Source: a virus. From it: 29,704 nt of DNA. Location of the stretch: positions 1-29,704 of IMG/VR virus record IMGVR_UViG_3300038321_000078; one strand, 5' to 3'. The notes under the pieces were generated by a model. That model saw nothing but the letters and a program-made list of their open reading frames with translations. It did no database searches and was not told the origin of the DNA. The translations under genes were made by a program, and so were the position numbers. Below are positions 6,474 through 15,752 of this stretch, piece by piece. Every line of letters starts with the position of its first letter. Positions within the stretch are counted from its first letter, which is position 1.

Positions 6474-8927
6474 ATGGCAAGGGAAGAACAAATAATTATT
6501 GACGTTGAAATAAATGTAGGGGATACGGAACAGAGACTAGGATATGTAGCTAAAGCTATCAGTGGATTGACGGAAGAAAACAAAAAGTTAAAAAAAGAGC
6601 TGAAAGACGGGACTGGCGATTGGGCGGAAAATACAGCGCAAATAAAAGCAAATGAAGCTGAAATAAAATCTTTTAAGGTAGCAGAAAAAGACCTTTCAGC
6701 CATTCTATCTGTATCTGACAGGCAATGGCGTACTTATTCCGACAGTATTCGTGGTCAGGCGGCACAGTTGGCAGATTTAAAGAATCAGTACATATCCTTG
6801 ACAAAAGCAGAAAGGGACTCGGCAGGCGGGAAAGATATGTTGAAAAAGTTAATGGAACTCGATGCACAGGTCAAGGAGAACGATGCTTCGATGGGTAATT
6901 TTCAGCGAAATGTTGGTAATTACCCTAAAGTCTTTGATTTATCTGGAACATCAATCGGAAAATTTCAAGCGATGCTATCAGGGCTTGGAGGTACGTCCAC
7001 GACGGTTGGGGGCGTTGTAGGCACGGCATTCGGAACGATGAAAACACAAGCCATTTCACTTGGAAAAGCATTCCTTACACCGCCTATCGGTCTTATAGTT
7101 GTTGTGCTGTCAGCCATTATGTTCGCCGTTCAAAAGGTAGTGCAGGCATTCAAGAAGAACGACGAGGCAAGTACACAGTTAGAACAGGCATTATCATCTT
7201 TAACACCTATTGCAGAGGGTATTTCGTGGGTATTCGATAAATTGGCATTGGTGCTTTCAAAAGTATTTTTAGGCATCGGTAAAGTAATTAGTTCGGTGTT
7301 AAGTTTGATTCCTGCCTATAAAGATGCGGCGGCAGCGGCAAATGAATTGGTTGTTGCACAGGATAATTTGGAACAGACGGAGCGTGATTATACTATCAGT
7401 TCAGCTAAGAATAATGCCGAAATTGCGAGGATAAAAAAAGAGGCTGTAAATACTCAAAAATATACGAATAAAGAAATTGAGGAGATGTTGCAGCGTGCGG
7501 ATGATTTAGAGATGGAAAATCTGCAAAATGACAAAAACAGAAAAGAAGAATCCCTTCGACTGTTAAAAGCGAAGGCAAAACAAGAAAAAGATACATCTGA
7601 TGCAACAGCAGATGCAATAGCGGCGGCTGAGGCAGCCAAATATCAGGCAGAGGAATCATACTATTCTGGCACGATGCGCCTTGCAAGCAAAGCGAATGCG
7701 GCACGAGAAAAACAAGCAAGCCAAAACGCAGCGGCAGCAAAAGCCGCAGCAGCTGAGAGACAAAAAGAAATTGAAAATCAGGAAGCCGCAGCTGAAAAGG
7801 CTATTCAGATTTCAAAACAATTAGAGGATGCAATGGTTGAGGCTATTGAATCACAGATTGAAAGAGAAATTGCAGCGGAAAAATTAGCGACACAGCGGAA
7901 AATTGATGAATTGAACGCTGAAACTGATTTAACGGCAGAGGCGGTTAAAAATAGAAATGCACTTATTAAACAGTTAAAAATCAATTCTGATGCTAAAATT
8001 AAAGAATTAACTGATAAGAATGCGAAAGAGGAGCAAGAAAAGTTAGTCGATGCGGAGGCTGAAAAATTACGGATAAAAAATGAGGCAGCAGGAAAAGAGG
8101 CAAAAAATTTAGAGGATTTGGCGGACAGGAAACGTCAGATAATGGAGAATGAATTTAACGCTGCACGATTGAATTTAGAGCGGCTACACGCTGATGAAAA
8201 ATCATTTGCGGACTTAGCATTAACCGAAGCGCAAACGGAGGCACAGGCGTTGATAACAATGGACGCCGCAACGAAGGCAGCACTTTATCAGTCAGAGGCG
8301 GAATATACGGCAGATGTCATTGAGGCAAAAAGAAAAATTGTTGAAGCAACTGATGCTGTGATTACGGCAGAGCACAGGCAGTTGGAACAGCAAGTTGAGA
8401 GCATTCAGGCGTTTGGGGATGCGATAAGTTCTGTATTGTCTGAAATGGCAGGCGACAGCAGGGAAGCATTAATATTTCAAAAACTGATAGCTTTGGCGAA
8501 TGCGAGTTTGAATTTAGCTACGGCAATATCGGCAGCAACGGCAGCTGGAGCAATTGGCGGACCGGCGAAGATTGCGGCTAACATTGCAAGCGTCATAGTG
8601 GCATTTGCACAGGTAACGAAAGCGATGAAAGCTTCTAAAGTACCTGAACCGCCGAAGTTTGAAAGAGGTGGAATCGTTGGAGGGTCGAGCTACACGGGCG
8701 ACAATGTGATTGCGAGGGTCAACAGTGGTGAAATGATTTTGAATTTTGAGCAGCAAAAAAAGCTGTTCGATATGTTGGCAATGAATAATAATGACGGCAG
8801 AGGGATGATTGATTATGATTTATTAGCGAGGGCGATGTCAAGGCAGCCGGCACCCGTAATGATTTACAAAGAGTTTACTGATTTTCAGGAGAAAATAGTT
8901 ACATTTGACGAACATATAAAACTTTAA
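6474..8927 (+). CDS. Tail tape measure protein, 817 aa
   Basis: Largest gene. Long Ala/Glu/Lys-rich coiled-coil stretches, internal hydrophobic segments (PPIGLIVVVLSAIMFAV) and a C-terminal GGIVGG...DNVIARVNSGEMIL motif typical of tape measure proteins. Confidence 0.8.
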   Translation: MAREEQIIIDVEINVGDTEQRLGYVAKAISGLTEENKKLKKELKDGTGDWAENTAQIKANEAEIKSFKVAEKDLSAILSVSDRQWRTYSDSIRGQAAQLADLKNQYISLTKAERDSAGGKDMLKKLMELDAQVKENDASMGNFQRNVGNYPKVFDLSGTSIGKFQAMLSGLGGTSTTVGGVVGTAFGTMKTQAISLGKAFLTPPIGLIVVVLSAIMFAVQKVVQAFKKNDEASTQLEQALSSLTPIAEGISWVFDKLALVLSKVFLGIGKVISSVLSLIPAYKDAAAAANELVVAQDNLEQTERDYTISSAKNNAEIARIKKEAVNTQKYTNKEIEEMLQRADDLEMENLQNDKNRKEESLRLLKAKAKQEKDTSDATADAIAAAEAAKYQAEESYYSGTMRLASKANAAREKQASQNAAAAKAAAAERQKEIENQEAAAEKAIQISKQLEDAMVEAIESQIEREIAAEKLATQRKIDELNAETDLTAEAVKNRNALIKQLKINSDAKIKELTDKNAKEEQEKLVDAEAEKLRIKNEAAGKEAKNLEDLADRKRQIMENEFNAARLNLERLHADEKSFADLALTEAQTEAQALITMDAATKAALYQSEAEYTADVIEAKRKIVEATDAVITAEHRQLEQQVESIQAFGDAISSVLSEMAGDSREALIFQKLIALANASLNLATAISAATAAGAIGGPAKIAANIASVIVAFAQVTKAMKASKVPEPPKFERGGIVGGSSYTGDNVIARVNSGEMILNFEQQKKLFDMLAMNNNDGRGMIDYDLLARAMSRQPAPVMIYKEFTDFQEKIVTFDEHIKL

Positions 8928-8931
8928 GATT

Positions 8932-9834
8932 ATGAATTGGACGACACACATAAACGATACGGATTGGATAATTGAAAGCACAGCAATTATTGATAGCGGA
9001 ACAAACTACTTCTACAAATGGGATAAAAGTTTTATCCGTATTACTATGAAAACGGCAGGTGTAAAAACAATAACCGTAGAGGGGGTTAAGTATACGATGT
9101 ATTCAATGAATGAATATGTAATTATAGAAATTACTGAATTTGTTCGTTCAACGTCAAGTGATTTGATATTATATTTTAGCGATGATAATTCGTTTTATTT
9201 TGTATTTCAAGCGTCAACTATTAATGGTGCGAGTATTAGCGAATTTAAATCAAGAATACCAGCTGAAATACCTTATATTGCTACAACAAATCCTTTTTGG
9301 GTGCAGTTGTCAGAAAATATGATGACAAAAACAATAGTGGATGAAATCATAGACTATAATGTTACAAGTAATCCTGATGGTGGCGTTTTGTCGTATAATT
9401 GGGTTGAAGAGGTATCACACGGTGCATCATTATATCTGTACACAACTACAGGTTATTATTCGCATTTCATTACGCCTTCATGTACGACTGATAAGATTTT
9501 AGTCGAGTGGGTTTCGGCACAAGGAAAGAAAAAATCATGGTGGTTTCAGGTAGAGAGAACGATTATCGGAAGCGATAAACAGTTGAATTTGCAGACGATG
9601 GAAAACGGATATAATACGTTGAAAAATAAACGTGTTTCCATTCAAGTAAGCCACAAAAACGCCGATATGACGACACAGACATATTTATCTGACATTGCAA
9701 TTTCAGATGAGGTTTACATTTATGAGGGCACAACAAGAATGCAGGTTCGATTGGCAGATAACAGTTTCGATATTACACAACGGAAAAGGGATGTTCAATT
9801 GATAATTAATAAATTCGCTTATGATACGATTTAG
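8932..9834 (+). CDS. Distal tail protein candidate, 300 aa
   Basis: Position immediately after the tape measure gene. No motif recognised. Confidence 0.4.
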   Translation: MNWTTHINDTDWIIESTAIIDSGTNYFYKWDKSFIRITMKTAGVKTITVEGVKYTMYSMNEYVIIEITEFVRSTSSDLILYFSDDNSFYFVFQASTINGASISEFKSRIPAEIPYIATTNPFWVQLSENMMTKTIVDEIIDYNVTSNPDGGVLSYNWVEEVSHGASLYLYTTTGYYSHFITPSCTTDKILVEWVSAQGKKKSWWFQVERTIIGSDKQLNLQTMENGYNTLKNKRVSIQVSHKNADMTTQTYLSDIAISDEVYIYEGTTRMQVRLADNSFDITQRKRDVQLIINKFAYDTI

Positions 9835-11605
9835 AATTGTTGGTAGTGGTTATTTAGAATTACCTTCTGATTTCAGCTTTTCGTTTAATTATAACAACGG
9901 CATTTTTGCCTTTGACAGTATGCAATTAAGCCGGAGCGGTGAATTTTCGATACCACGAACCCCAGCGAATGATTTGTTACTGGATTTTTCACACAACCCA
10001 TCAAGCGACGGAACGTTTATACGGAAAAAGAAACAGGCAGAATTACACTATTCCGGTGGAAAGATTGACGGTTATCTTTTCATAGGGAAATACACTGGTG
10101 GAACCTATTCAGGTAGTTATTCAGCCGTTTTCGTTTATGGCGAATTATCTGGATTAAAATCCATAAGCGAAAAAGGGAGCATAGGAACGTATTTGAACTT
10201 GAATTTGACGGATAGTGTTTATGTCGACCCCACTTCGATAGTGTCAGCCTATAATTCAAGTGGTATATTACCCGATACATTTAAGTTGTACAATTATAGA
10301 AATTTAATACAAGATGTAAATAAATTGACAAATGCGATAAATATGTTGCCAACGGTCAAATTATCATATTTGATGTCATCGGCAGCTACAGCGTTGAATA
10401 TTAACGTTGACACAACAGGATTAGGTATTGGAAGAGAAGCGGTCGGATTAATATTATCAGGAAATAAGGCGAGCCCGTCGTTGACGACGGTAAACGTTTC
10501 CGGAATAACAAAAACGTCCTCTGCAAATCCGTTGAATTTTTCGGGTGGAAGTACATTTTTTGAGTTGACGACACGTAATTTCAAGTACAAGCACAAAACA
10601 GCTATTGGTTGGTACACGACAGAAAACGTAACTGTGAATGTTTTACGTTGCAAGGCTGATTTGACGATTTTATTTGAAACGGCTTATTACGATTTTGCAT
10701 GTGTTACCGGAATTGGGGATACATTTTTAAGCGACGGTAGTTTTGAGGGTTGGTTTCGTAATATTTATCCGAACACAACGATCGACCTTAAAAAAGGCGA
10801 TTATTTTACTTTTACAAACAAGAATGACTATGACATATTCAACGGCAGACCGACGGATGATTATGATGAGATGATAAATCTGTCATTTAAGGTTTATTCT
10901 GGAGATGTGAACACGGTTGATGTCTCGGAAACATTATATTTAAGGGATAATCTCCCTGATGTTTCGTTGCTGGATTTGGTAAAGATTTTTGCAAACCTTT
11001 TCCGGTGCGGTGTACAGTACGCCGCGTCGACAAATACTATTTCATTTTTTAACTTTGAATTTGACAAGTCAACGGCGGAGAAGTTGGATGATGTATTAAT
11101 CGAGATTAAATCGGTTGACAGAACGTTTTTAAATTATGCGAGGCGTAATGTTGTCAAATTCAATAATGAGGATTATGTTGATAGGGAGCACAACGTTGAG
11201 TATATGATTGACAACGACAGTTTATCTGACGAAAAGACATTATTCACGATACCGTTTTCAGAAGGAAATGCAAATTTTAGTAAGTCAGTTGTTGTAAACG
11301 ATTTTGAATTAGCTTCACCTTACAAAAAAACGGCAAAAAAGCAAACCATTTGTGTTGCAAGTAATACGGCAGGAGTGAATTATTTAATGCACATTTCGAT
11401 GTTGTATGAAAATTTCGATATTTCGGAAAAGCTGAAAGATATTATTTTCAACTCGACAACAGTTGTCATGTCGGTAAAAATGACGGCAGGTGACTTTTTG
11501 AAAATAGGAAACACAAAGGTATTTTCATATAGAGGAAAACATTATTGTTGCATTTTCGGCACACATTCCGGTCAAATCGCAGAATTAACGTTGATAAAAA
11601 TTTGA
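9821..11605 (+). CDS. Tail tip / baseplate or receptor-binding protein candidate, 594 aa
   Basis: Second gene after the tape measure gene and last gene before the terminator. No motif recognised. Confidence 0.4.
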   Translation: MIRFRIVGSGYLELPSDFSFSFNYNNGIFAFDSMQLSRSGEFSIPRTPANDLLLDFSHNPSSDGTFIRKKKQAELHYSGGKIDGYLFIGKYTGGTYSGSYSAVFVYGELSGLKSISEKGSIGTYLNLNLTDSVYVDPTSIVSAYNSSGILPDTFKLYNYRNLIQDVNKLTNAINMLPTVKLSYLMSSAATALNINVDTTGLGIGREAVGLILSGNKASPSLTTVNVSGITKTSSANPLNFSGGSTFFELTTRNFKYKHKTAIGWYTTENVTVNVLRCKADLTILFETAYYDFACVTGIGDTFLSDGSFEGWFRNIYPNTTIDLKKGDYFTFTNKNDYDIFNGRPTDDYDEMINLSFKVYSGDVNTVDVSETLYLRDNLPDVSLLDLVKIFANLFRCGVQYAASTNTISFFNFEFDKSTAEKLDDVLIEIKSVDRTFLNYARRNVVKFNNEDYVDREHNVEYMIDNDSLSDEKTLFTIPFSEGNANFSKSVVVNDFELASPYKKTAKKQTICVASNTAGVNYLMHISMLYENFDISEKLKDIIFNSTTVVMSVKMTAGDFLKIGNTKVFSYRGKHYCCIFGTHSGQIAELTLIKI

Positions 11606-11631
11606 TTTGACAATTAAATGTTGTATATTTG
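11601..11631 (+). promoter_or_regulatory. Candidate promoter (TTTG-19 nt-TATATTTG)
   Basis: TTTG 11601-11604 and TATATTTG 11624-11631, at the spacing expected for the Bacteroides -33/-7 consensus. It lies upstream of a terminator, so the function is uncertain. Confidence 0.35.
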
Positions 11632-11697
11632 TAAGGTAGAGAGTTTTGTATTAGTTTTTATAGTTTTTCATAGGTTTTTTTTGAATTTATTGATGCG

Positions 11698-11732
11698 AAG
11701 CGTGCTGACTGTGAAGTTGGCACGTTTTTTTT
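11698..11732 (+). terminator. Rho-independent terminator ending the tail operon
   Basis: Stem CGTGCT (11701-11706) / GGCACG (11719-11724), 12-nt loop, then T8 (11725-11732). Confidence 0.75.
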
Positions 11733-11821
11733 AGCACTTACCGTTAAAAAGGTAAAAAAATGTATACTATTTTAAGATATATATAATAAAAGTTAAATAA
11801 TCGCTAAAAATTTGGATAAAT

Positions 11822-11852
11822 TTTGGTATATCAAAAAAAGGTAGTATATTTG
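11822..11852 (+). promoter_or_regulatory. Candidate early promoter (TTTG-19 nt-TATATTTG)
   Basis: TTTG 11822-11825 and TATATTTG 11845-11852, about 46 nt upstream of the first early ORF (ATG 11899). Confidence 0.5.
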
Positions 11853-11898
11853 TATCATAAAGAAAGAGATAAACTAAACAATTAAAAAAAATACAACT

Positions 11899-12063
11899 AT
11901 GAAAACAACAAGAAATTTAACAGCACGTTACTTTGAAAGCTCGAAACTTTCAAGAATTTACGAAAATGGAAAATGGATCTACACAACCGACGAGGACTTG
12001 TCAAATTGCACCGAAAACGACATTAAGTATTTTTTAAGGAGTGGTGATTACTGGGCAAGATAA
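11899..12063 (+). CDS. Small early ORF, 54 aa (below track cutoff)
   Basis: My own translation: MKTTRNLTARYFESSKLSRIYENGKWIYTTDEDLSNCTENDIKYFLRSGDYWAR. It has the same aaaaacaactATGAAAACA start context as neighbouring early genes. Confidence 0.5.
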   Translation: MKTTRNLTARYFESSKLSRIYENGKWIYTTDEDLSNCTENDIKYFLRSGDYWAR

Positions 12064-12339
12064 ATAAACAACCTCCCGCCTGCGATGGCATCAAAGGCGG
12101 GAACAATTGAAAAAAGTTCTTTGAAATACTGATACAAAAACAGCTTAGCAAGTTGCAGATATGGTTGTAACGGTGGTGTTAAGTAATCGAAAAAGTCCTG
12201 CGTTCGTTGAAATGACGATAAAAGAGGACAAATCTCCCCGATAGTTCGGAAATGCTGAAAATTACATTCAGTTCGGGTCTCGAAGCCCGGCGGGGAACAA
12301 AAACAAAATGGAAACTATTTATAATTAAAATACATAACT
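12064..12339 (+). other. ORF-free, comparatively GC-rich structured region (candidate ncRNA, leader or cis element)
   Basis: Hairpin TCCCGCCT (12074-12081) / AGGCGGGA (12095-12102). A second module has closing stem TCCCCG (12235-12240) / CGGGGA (12291-12296) enclosing hairpins CTGAA/TTCAG (12255-12271) and CGGG/CCCG (12274-12289). Both modules are followed by ACAA. Confidence 0.3.
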
Positions 12340-12669
12340 ATGATAATAGCAAGCAAAATAAACTTATACACATACAAGGAATTAAAAAGCCAAGTAAAAT
12401 ATGATAAGGCAGAAATTATGACAGATGCGTGGTGGTATTTTCGCAAAGGTGGAATGACATTTAACGAAGCCATGAAAAGAGCATGGGCTTGGAATAGGCG
12501 TTGGGTTACAGAATGTCGTGATGCAATCTTAAAATTTGAAGCAATGGATAAGAAAATTCAAGCAGACTATGAAGCAATAAAAAACAAACCTGCTGAAAAT
12601 GCAAGCACATGGATGAACGCTGAAACAATGAGTAATCATTATAATTCAAATTCATATAAAGGAGATTAA
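12340..12669 (+). CDS. Hypothetical early protein, 109 aa
   Basis: ORF track. Trp-rich (AWWYFRKGG...KRAWAWNRRW). No family recognised. Confidence 0.7.
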   Translation: MIIASKINLYTYKELKSQVKYDKAEIMTDAWWYFRKGGMTFNEAMKRAWAWNRRWVTECRDAILKFEAMDKKIQADYEAIKNKPAENASTWMNAETMSNHYNSNSYKGD

Positions 12670-12695
12670 TTGATTTTTTAAAAACTAAAAAAAAT

Positions 12696-12887
12696 ATGAA
12701 AACACAAGAAATTAAAAGCAGCGTTTATGAAGTAAAAATTGGACGCAAATGGTTAAGGGTTAGAGCTACAAGTTTGAAAGCCTTAAATGAATGGTCAAAA
12801 GAAAATAATGTGTCTGATTGGCGCATGGTTGGTATGATGTCAATTGCAGAAACAAAAGAAAGTCAAAAGTTAAGAGTAGTAAAATAA
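12696..12887 (+). CDS. Hypothetical early protein, 63 aa
   Basis: ORF track; ATGAAAACA start context. Confidence 0.65.
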   Translation: MKTQEIKSSVYEVKIGRKWLRVRATSLKALNEWSKENNVSDWRMVGMMSIAETKESQKLRVVK

Positions 12888-12906
12888 CAACTAATTAAAA
12901 AACACT

Positions 12907-13146
12907 ATGAAAACAAAATTTTACAAATGGGTCTCACCGTTTAGCGACGGTATCGACCAAGTAGTAATGATTCATTCCGGCATATCATGCCGAGTGAATG
13001 ATTTTGGAATAGATCAAAAAATTGAATACCTCAATTATGAGGTAATCACAGATGACATGACCATTGCAACAAAAGCGGAATTTTTAAGAGTTTACAGCAA
13101 AGTAAACGGCGAAATGTTAAGCCGTATGTTAAACACAATTTTATAA
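12907..13146 (+). CDS. Hypothetical early protein, 79 aa
   Basis: ORF track; ATGAAAACA start context. Confidence 0.65.
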   Translation: MKTKFYKWVSPFSDGIDQVVMIHSGISCRVNDFGIDQKIEYLNYEVITDDMTIATKAEFLRVYSKVNGEMLSRMLNTIL

Positions 13147-13172
13147 ACAACAACAAAAAAATTTACAAAAAA

Positions 13173-13664
13173 ATGAAAACAGGAAAAGTAATTGGCAATT
13201 TCGATTGCCGTGTGTGGAAAAAAGACACGCCAAAACAAGCACGTCAAATGGTGGCACAGGGCGAAAGAATTAATTTATCGGTTGCATTTGATGAAGCCGA
13301 TTTAACGGATGAATTGAAAGAGTTCACACGGTTTCACGAGAAAAGTGGAAAATGGTATGCAAATATTAAAGTATTTCCGAAGTCATGTAAAATTTTTACA
13401 GCTTCAGCGAAACAAATTGATTTTCCGGATTATAAAAAAATCGACGGAGGTAGATTTGAAGTAATCGTTGAATTTGTGATTAAGCACGGCAAAGAGAAAA
13501 CAACGGAGCTTAATGGACTTTATGCCAATGCTATTCAGATTATAAAAAGAGCAGATGTTCCTTTTGAGCCGATAGCAGGCGTAAGTGATGACTTTCTTGC
13601 CGGTAATGCACCCGACCCATTTGGAGGGGAGGATGATGACGAAAAAACTAATTTGCCTTTTTAG
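13173..13664 (+). CDS. ssDNA-binding (gp2.5/DUF2815-like or SSB-like) protein with an acidic C-terminal tail ending LPF, 163 aa
   Basis: C-terminus ...PDPFGGEDDDEKTNLPF mimics the bacterial SSB tip DDD[IL]PF. Lies immediately upstream of the YqaJ exonuclease, the usual partner position. The OB fold was not verified. Confidence 0.55.
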   Translation: MKTGKVIGNFDCRVWKKDTPKQARQMVAQGERINLSVAFDEADLTDELKEFTRFHEKSGKWYANIKVFPKSCKIFTASAKQIDFPDYKKIDGGRFEVIVEFVIKHGKEKTTELNGLYANAIQIIKRADVPFEPIAGVSDDFLAGNAPDPFGGEDDDEKTNLPF

Positions 13665-13709
13665 CGCAATCAGTGACTTATAATAATTCAAAAAAAAACA
13701 AAACAACTT

Positions 13710-14594
13710 ATGAAAACAGAAAATCACAAAAATGAAATTGAAGCCACTCGAAAGGGTGGCTTCGGAGGAAGCGATGCGAAACTATTTTACAAAATAGGTT
13801 TGAAAGGGTTATCGGCATTGAATAATACGGACAAAAAGAGAATCCGGGTCGCAAAAGGAATTGACGAGTACAAACCTATTACGATGAATGAAGCGATGCA
13901 GAGAGGTCATGATTTCGAGGATTGGTATGCGGAACAATCATTTGCACCAATTGCCGACAGAGAGGCTAAATTATCATGTCAATTAGCAAACAATTTTGAT
14001 ACCTTTTTCCATGCTGACTTTTCGGACGGATTTAATGAGGTTTGGGAATTGAAATGTGTTCAAAGTCCTGACAATGCGGTTCGGGATTATTATGAACAAT
14101 TGCAATGGCAACATTTGATTGGAGCAAGGATGCATTGGCTGGTAGTGTGCGACAGTAGCCAGTCATTTGAAAATGGTACTAAAATGCCTGAATTAATTGA
14201 ACGCAATGAACATGTAATTGAAATCCTGCGAAATGGAATTAAATTGCTCGATAACAATTGGGATAATTTGGATTTGGAGGTGGGCGAAGATTGGAGCGAA
14301 AACGACTTAATGCCTTTTGAAAAAGAGGACATTGCGGTGTTCACTTCTTATTTGCAACGGATAAAACAGTTGGAAGAATTGGCGGAAGAAAGCAGGTTGA
14401 AAGTGTTCAACTTTATGAAAGATAACGGAATAAAGTCTCTAAAATCAGATTATTACACCGTTACTTATGTTCCTGAAAGTACGACTTCAACGCTCGACAA
14501 AAAGAAACTTTTAGCCGAACATCCAGAAATAAAGGAAAGTGATTATCAGAAAACAGGTCAGAAAAAAGCGTTTATAACAGTTAAATTAAAGTAA
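13710..14594 (+). CDS. YqaJ / lambda-Exo-like PD-(D/E)XK recombination exonuclease, 294 aa
   Basis: N-terminal RKGGFGGSDAKLFYKIG matches the YqaJ GIGGSDA motif. HADFSDG...EVWELK fits D...ExK. Confidence 0.7.
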   Translation: MKTENHKNEIEATRKGGFGGSDAKLFYKIGLKGLSALNNTDKKRIRVAKGIDEYKPITMNEAMQRGHDFEDWYAEQSFAPIADREAKLSCQLANNFDTFFHADFSDGFNEVWELKCVQSPDNAVRDYYEQLQWQHLIGARMHWLVVCDSSQSFENGTKMPELIERNEHVIEILRNGIKLLDNNWDNLDLEVGEDWSENDLMPFEKEDIAVFTSYLQRIKQLEELAEESRLKVFNFMKDNGIKSLKSDYYTVTYVPESTTSTLDKKKLLAEHPEIKESDYQKTGQKKAFITVKLK

Positions 14595-14609
14595 TCTAAA
14601 AAAAATAAA

Positions 14610-14972
14610 ATGCAAAAATCAATTTTAATCATTGGTCGCCAAGGTAGTGGAAAAACAACAAAGGCTAAAGAAATTGCAAGTCAGTTTCAAAATGATGAAG
14701 TAGTATTCATCGATTATCGTTGGGAAATAATTCAGGATGACCCATTTTTATTTTCGGAATGCACCGATAAAACAAAACTGGTAGTGTTTGAAGGTTTTTA
14801 TGACATAAACCAAGTTGAAACATTTTTCAATGCGGTTTCAAATCCAATTAATGTCAACAAGAAAATGAAAAGACCTTTTACGATTCAACCCAAATTCGTT
14901 TTTGTGTGTCAAAGAGAAATTGAAGAATTAGAAGCGCGTTTTTACAGAACATTTGATATAATAGAATTATAG
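14610..14972 (+). CDS. Minimal P-loop NTPase, 120 aa
   Basis: Walker A GRQGSGKT, Walker B-like LVVFEG, and a possible motif C-like FVFVCQ. Confidence 0.55.
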   Translation: MQKSILIIGRQGSGKTTKAKEIASQFQNDEVVFIDYRWEIIQDDPFLFSECTDKTKLVVFEGFYDINQVETFFNAVSNPINVNKKMKRPFTIQPKFVFVCQREIEELEARFYRTFDIIEL

Positions 14973-14974
14973 AT

Positions 14975-15298
14975 ATGAAACCAACCGAAATCACGATGCA
15001 AATCGTCAAGAATTTAGGTAATTATGAAACGTGCAGACTTGAAGCAACGTTCACGCTCGATGAAGGCGACGATTTAACGGATGCGTTCAAATCAGCACGG
15101 CAACAGTTGGAGAATGCCTACGAAACGGCTTACAATTTGAAAAAGGACAACCGAAAAGTATTAGAATTAAACTCGAAAGAGTTTGACAGAGTTTGCAAGG
15201 CGTTACACGAAGAAAAAACGGATATTGATGAATTGCAAAAGTTTTTTAAGATATCGGATGAGATAATTAGATATTTCAGAGAAAATAAATTAATATGA
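14975..15298 (+). CDS. Hypothetical protein, 107 aa
   Basis: ORF track; 2-nt gap from the upstream gene. Confidence 0.7.
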   Translation: MKPTEITMQIVKNLGNYETCRLEATFTLDEGDDLTDAFKSARQQLENAYETAYNLKKDNRKVLELNSKEFDRVCKALHEEKTDIDELQKFFKISDEIIRYFRENKLI

Positions 15299-15332
15299 AA
15301 ATTAAAAAATAAACTAACTAAAAAAAAACACT

Positions 15333-15752
15333 ATGAATGCAATTAAATTTTATGATTTAGAAAAAATCAAAACAAAAAAAGGTGGAAACACAAAACTTGA
15401 TGGAAATGTAGTGCAAATTTATTGCAGAGGATTTGACAAAAATACAAGTCCTAACTATTGCTTATTTTTTCCTTTTAACCTACCTGCAATAGCCGACGGG
15501 TATAAAAGAATAAATTTTGCAAAAAACGATTTGACGGGAGAAGTTTTTATTTTGTTCAGTAAAACAGATGGCTTTCTGCTAACACACGGGAATAAAACGA
15601 AAACACATAACGTATGTTCCAAAGGAATAGTTACTTTGTTTATGGATTTGATAGGAATGAAATATCAAGATATAAATACTATTTACAATCTTTCAGAGAA
15701 TTTGAGTAGTAATAACGAAACGATTGTTTACAAAGTTTTGTATAAAAACTAA
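15333..15752 (+). CDS. Hypothetical protein, 139 aa
   Basis: ORF track; aaacactATG context. Confidence 0.7.
   Translation: MNAIKFYDLEKIKTKKGGNTKLDGNVVQIYCRGFDKNTSPNYCLFFPFNLPAIADGYKRINFAKNDLTGEVFILFSKTDGFLLTHGNKTKTHNVCSKGIVTLFMDLIGMKYQDINTIYNLSENLSSNNETIVYKVLYKN

Noticed and set aside
12064-12339. A tRNA or tmRNA-like gene, considered because of GTTCG-containing hairpins
   Set aside because: There is no cloverleaf with a 7-bp acceptor stem, no GTTCRANNC T-loop in the proper context, and no anticodon arm geometry. The region is kept only as a generic structured-region candidate.
12161-12403. Short ORFs inside the ORF-free region (27 aa from ATG 12161; about 50 aa from ATG 12252, overlapping the start of 12340..12669)
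   Set aside because: They have no A-rich or ACT-ATG leader like the real genes here. They overlap hairpins or the next gene in another frame, and their sequences are unremarkable.
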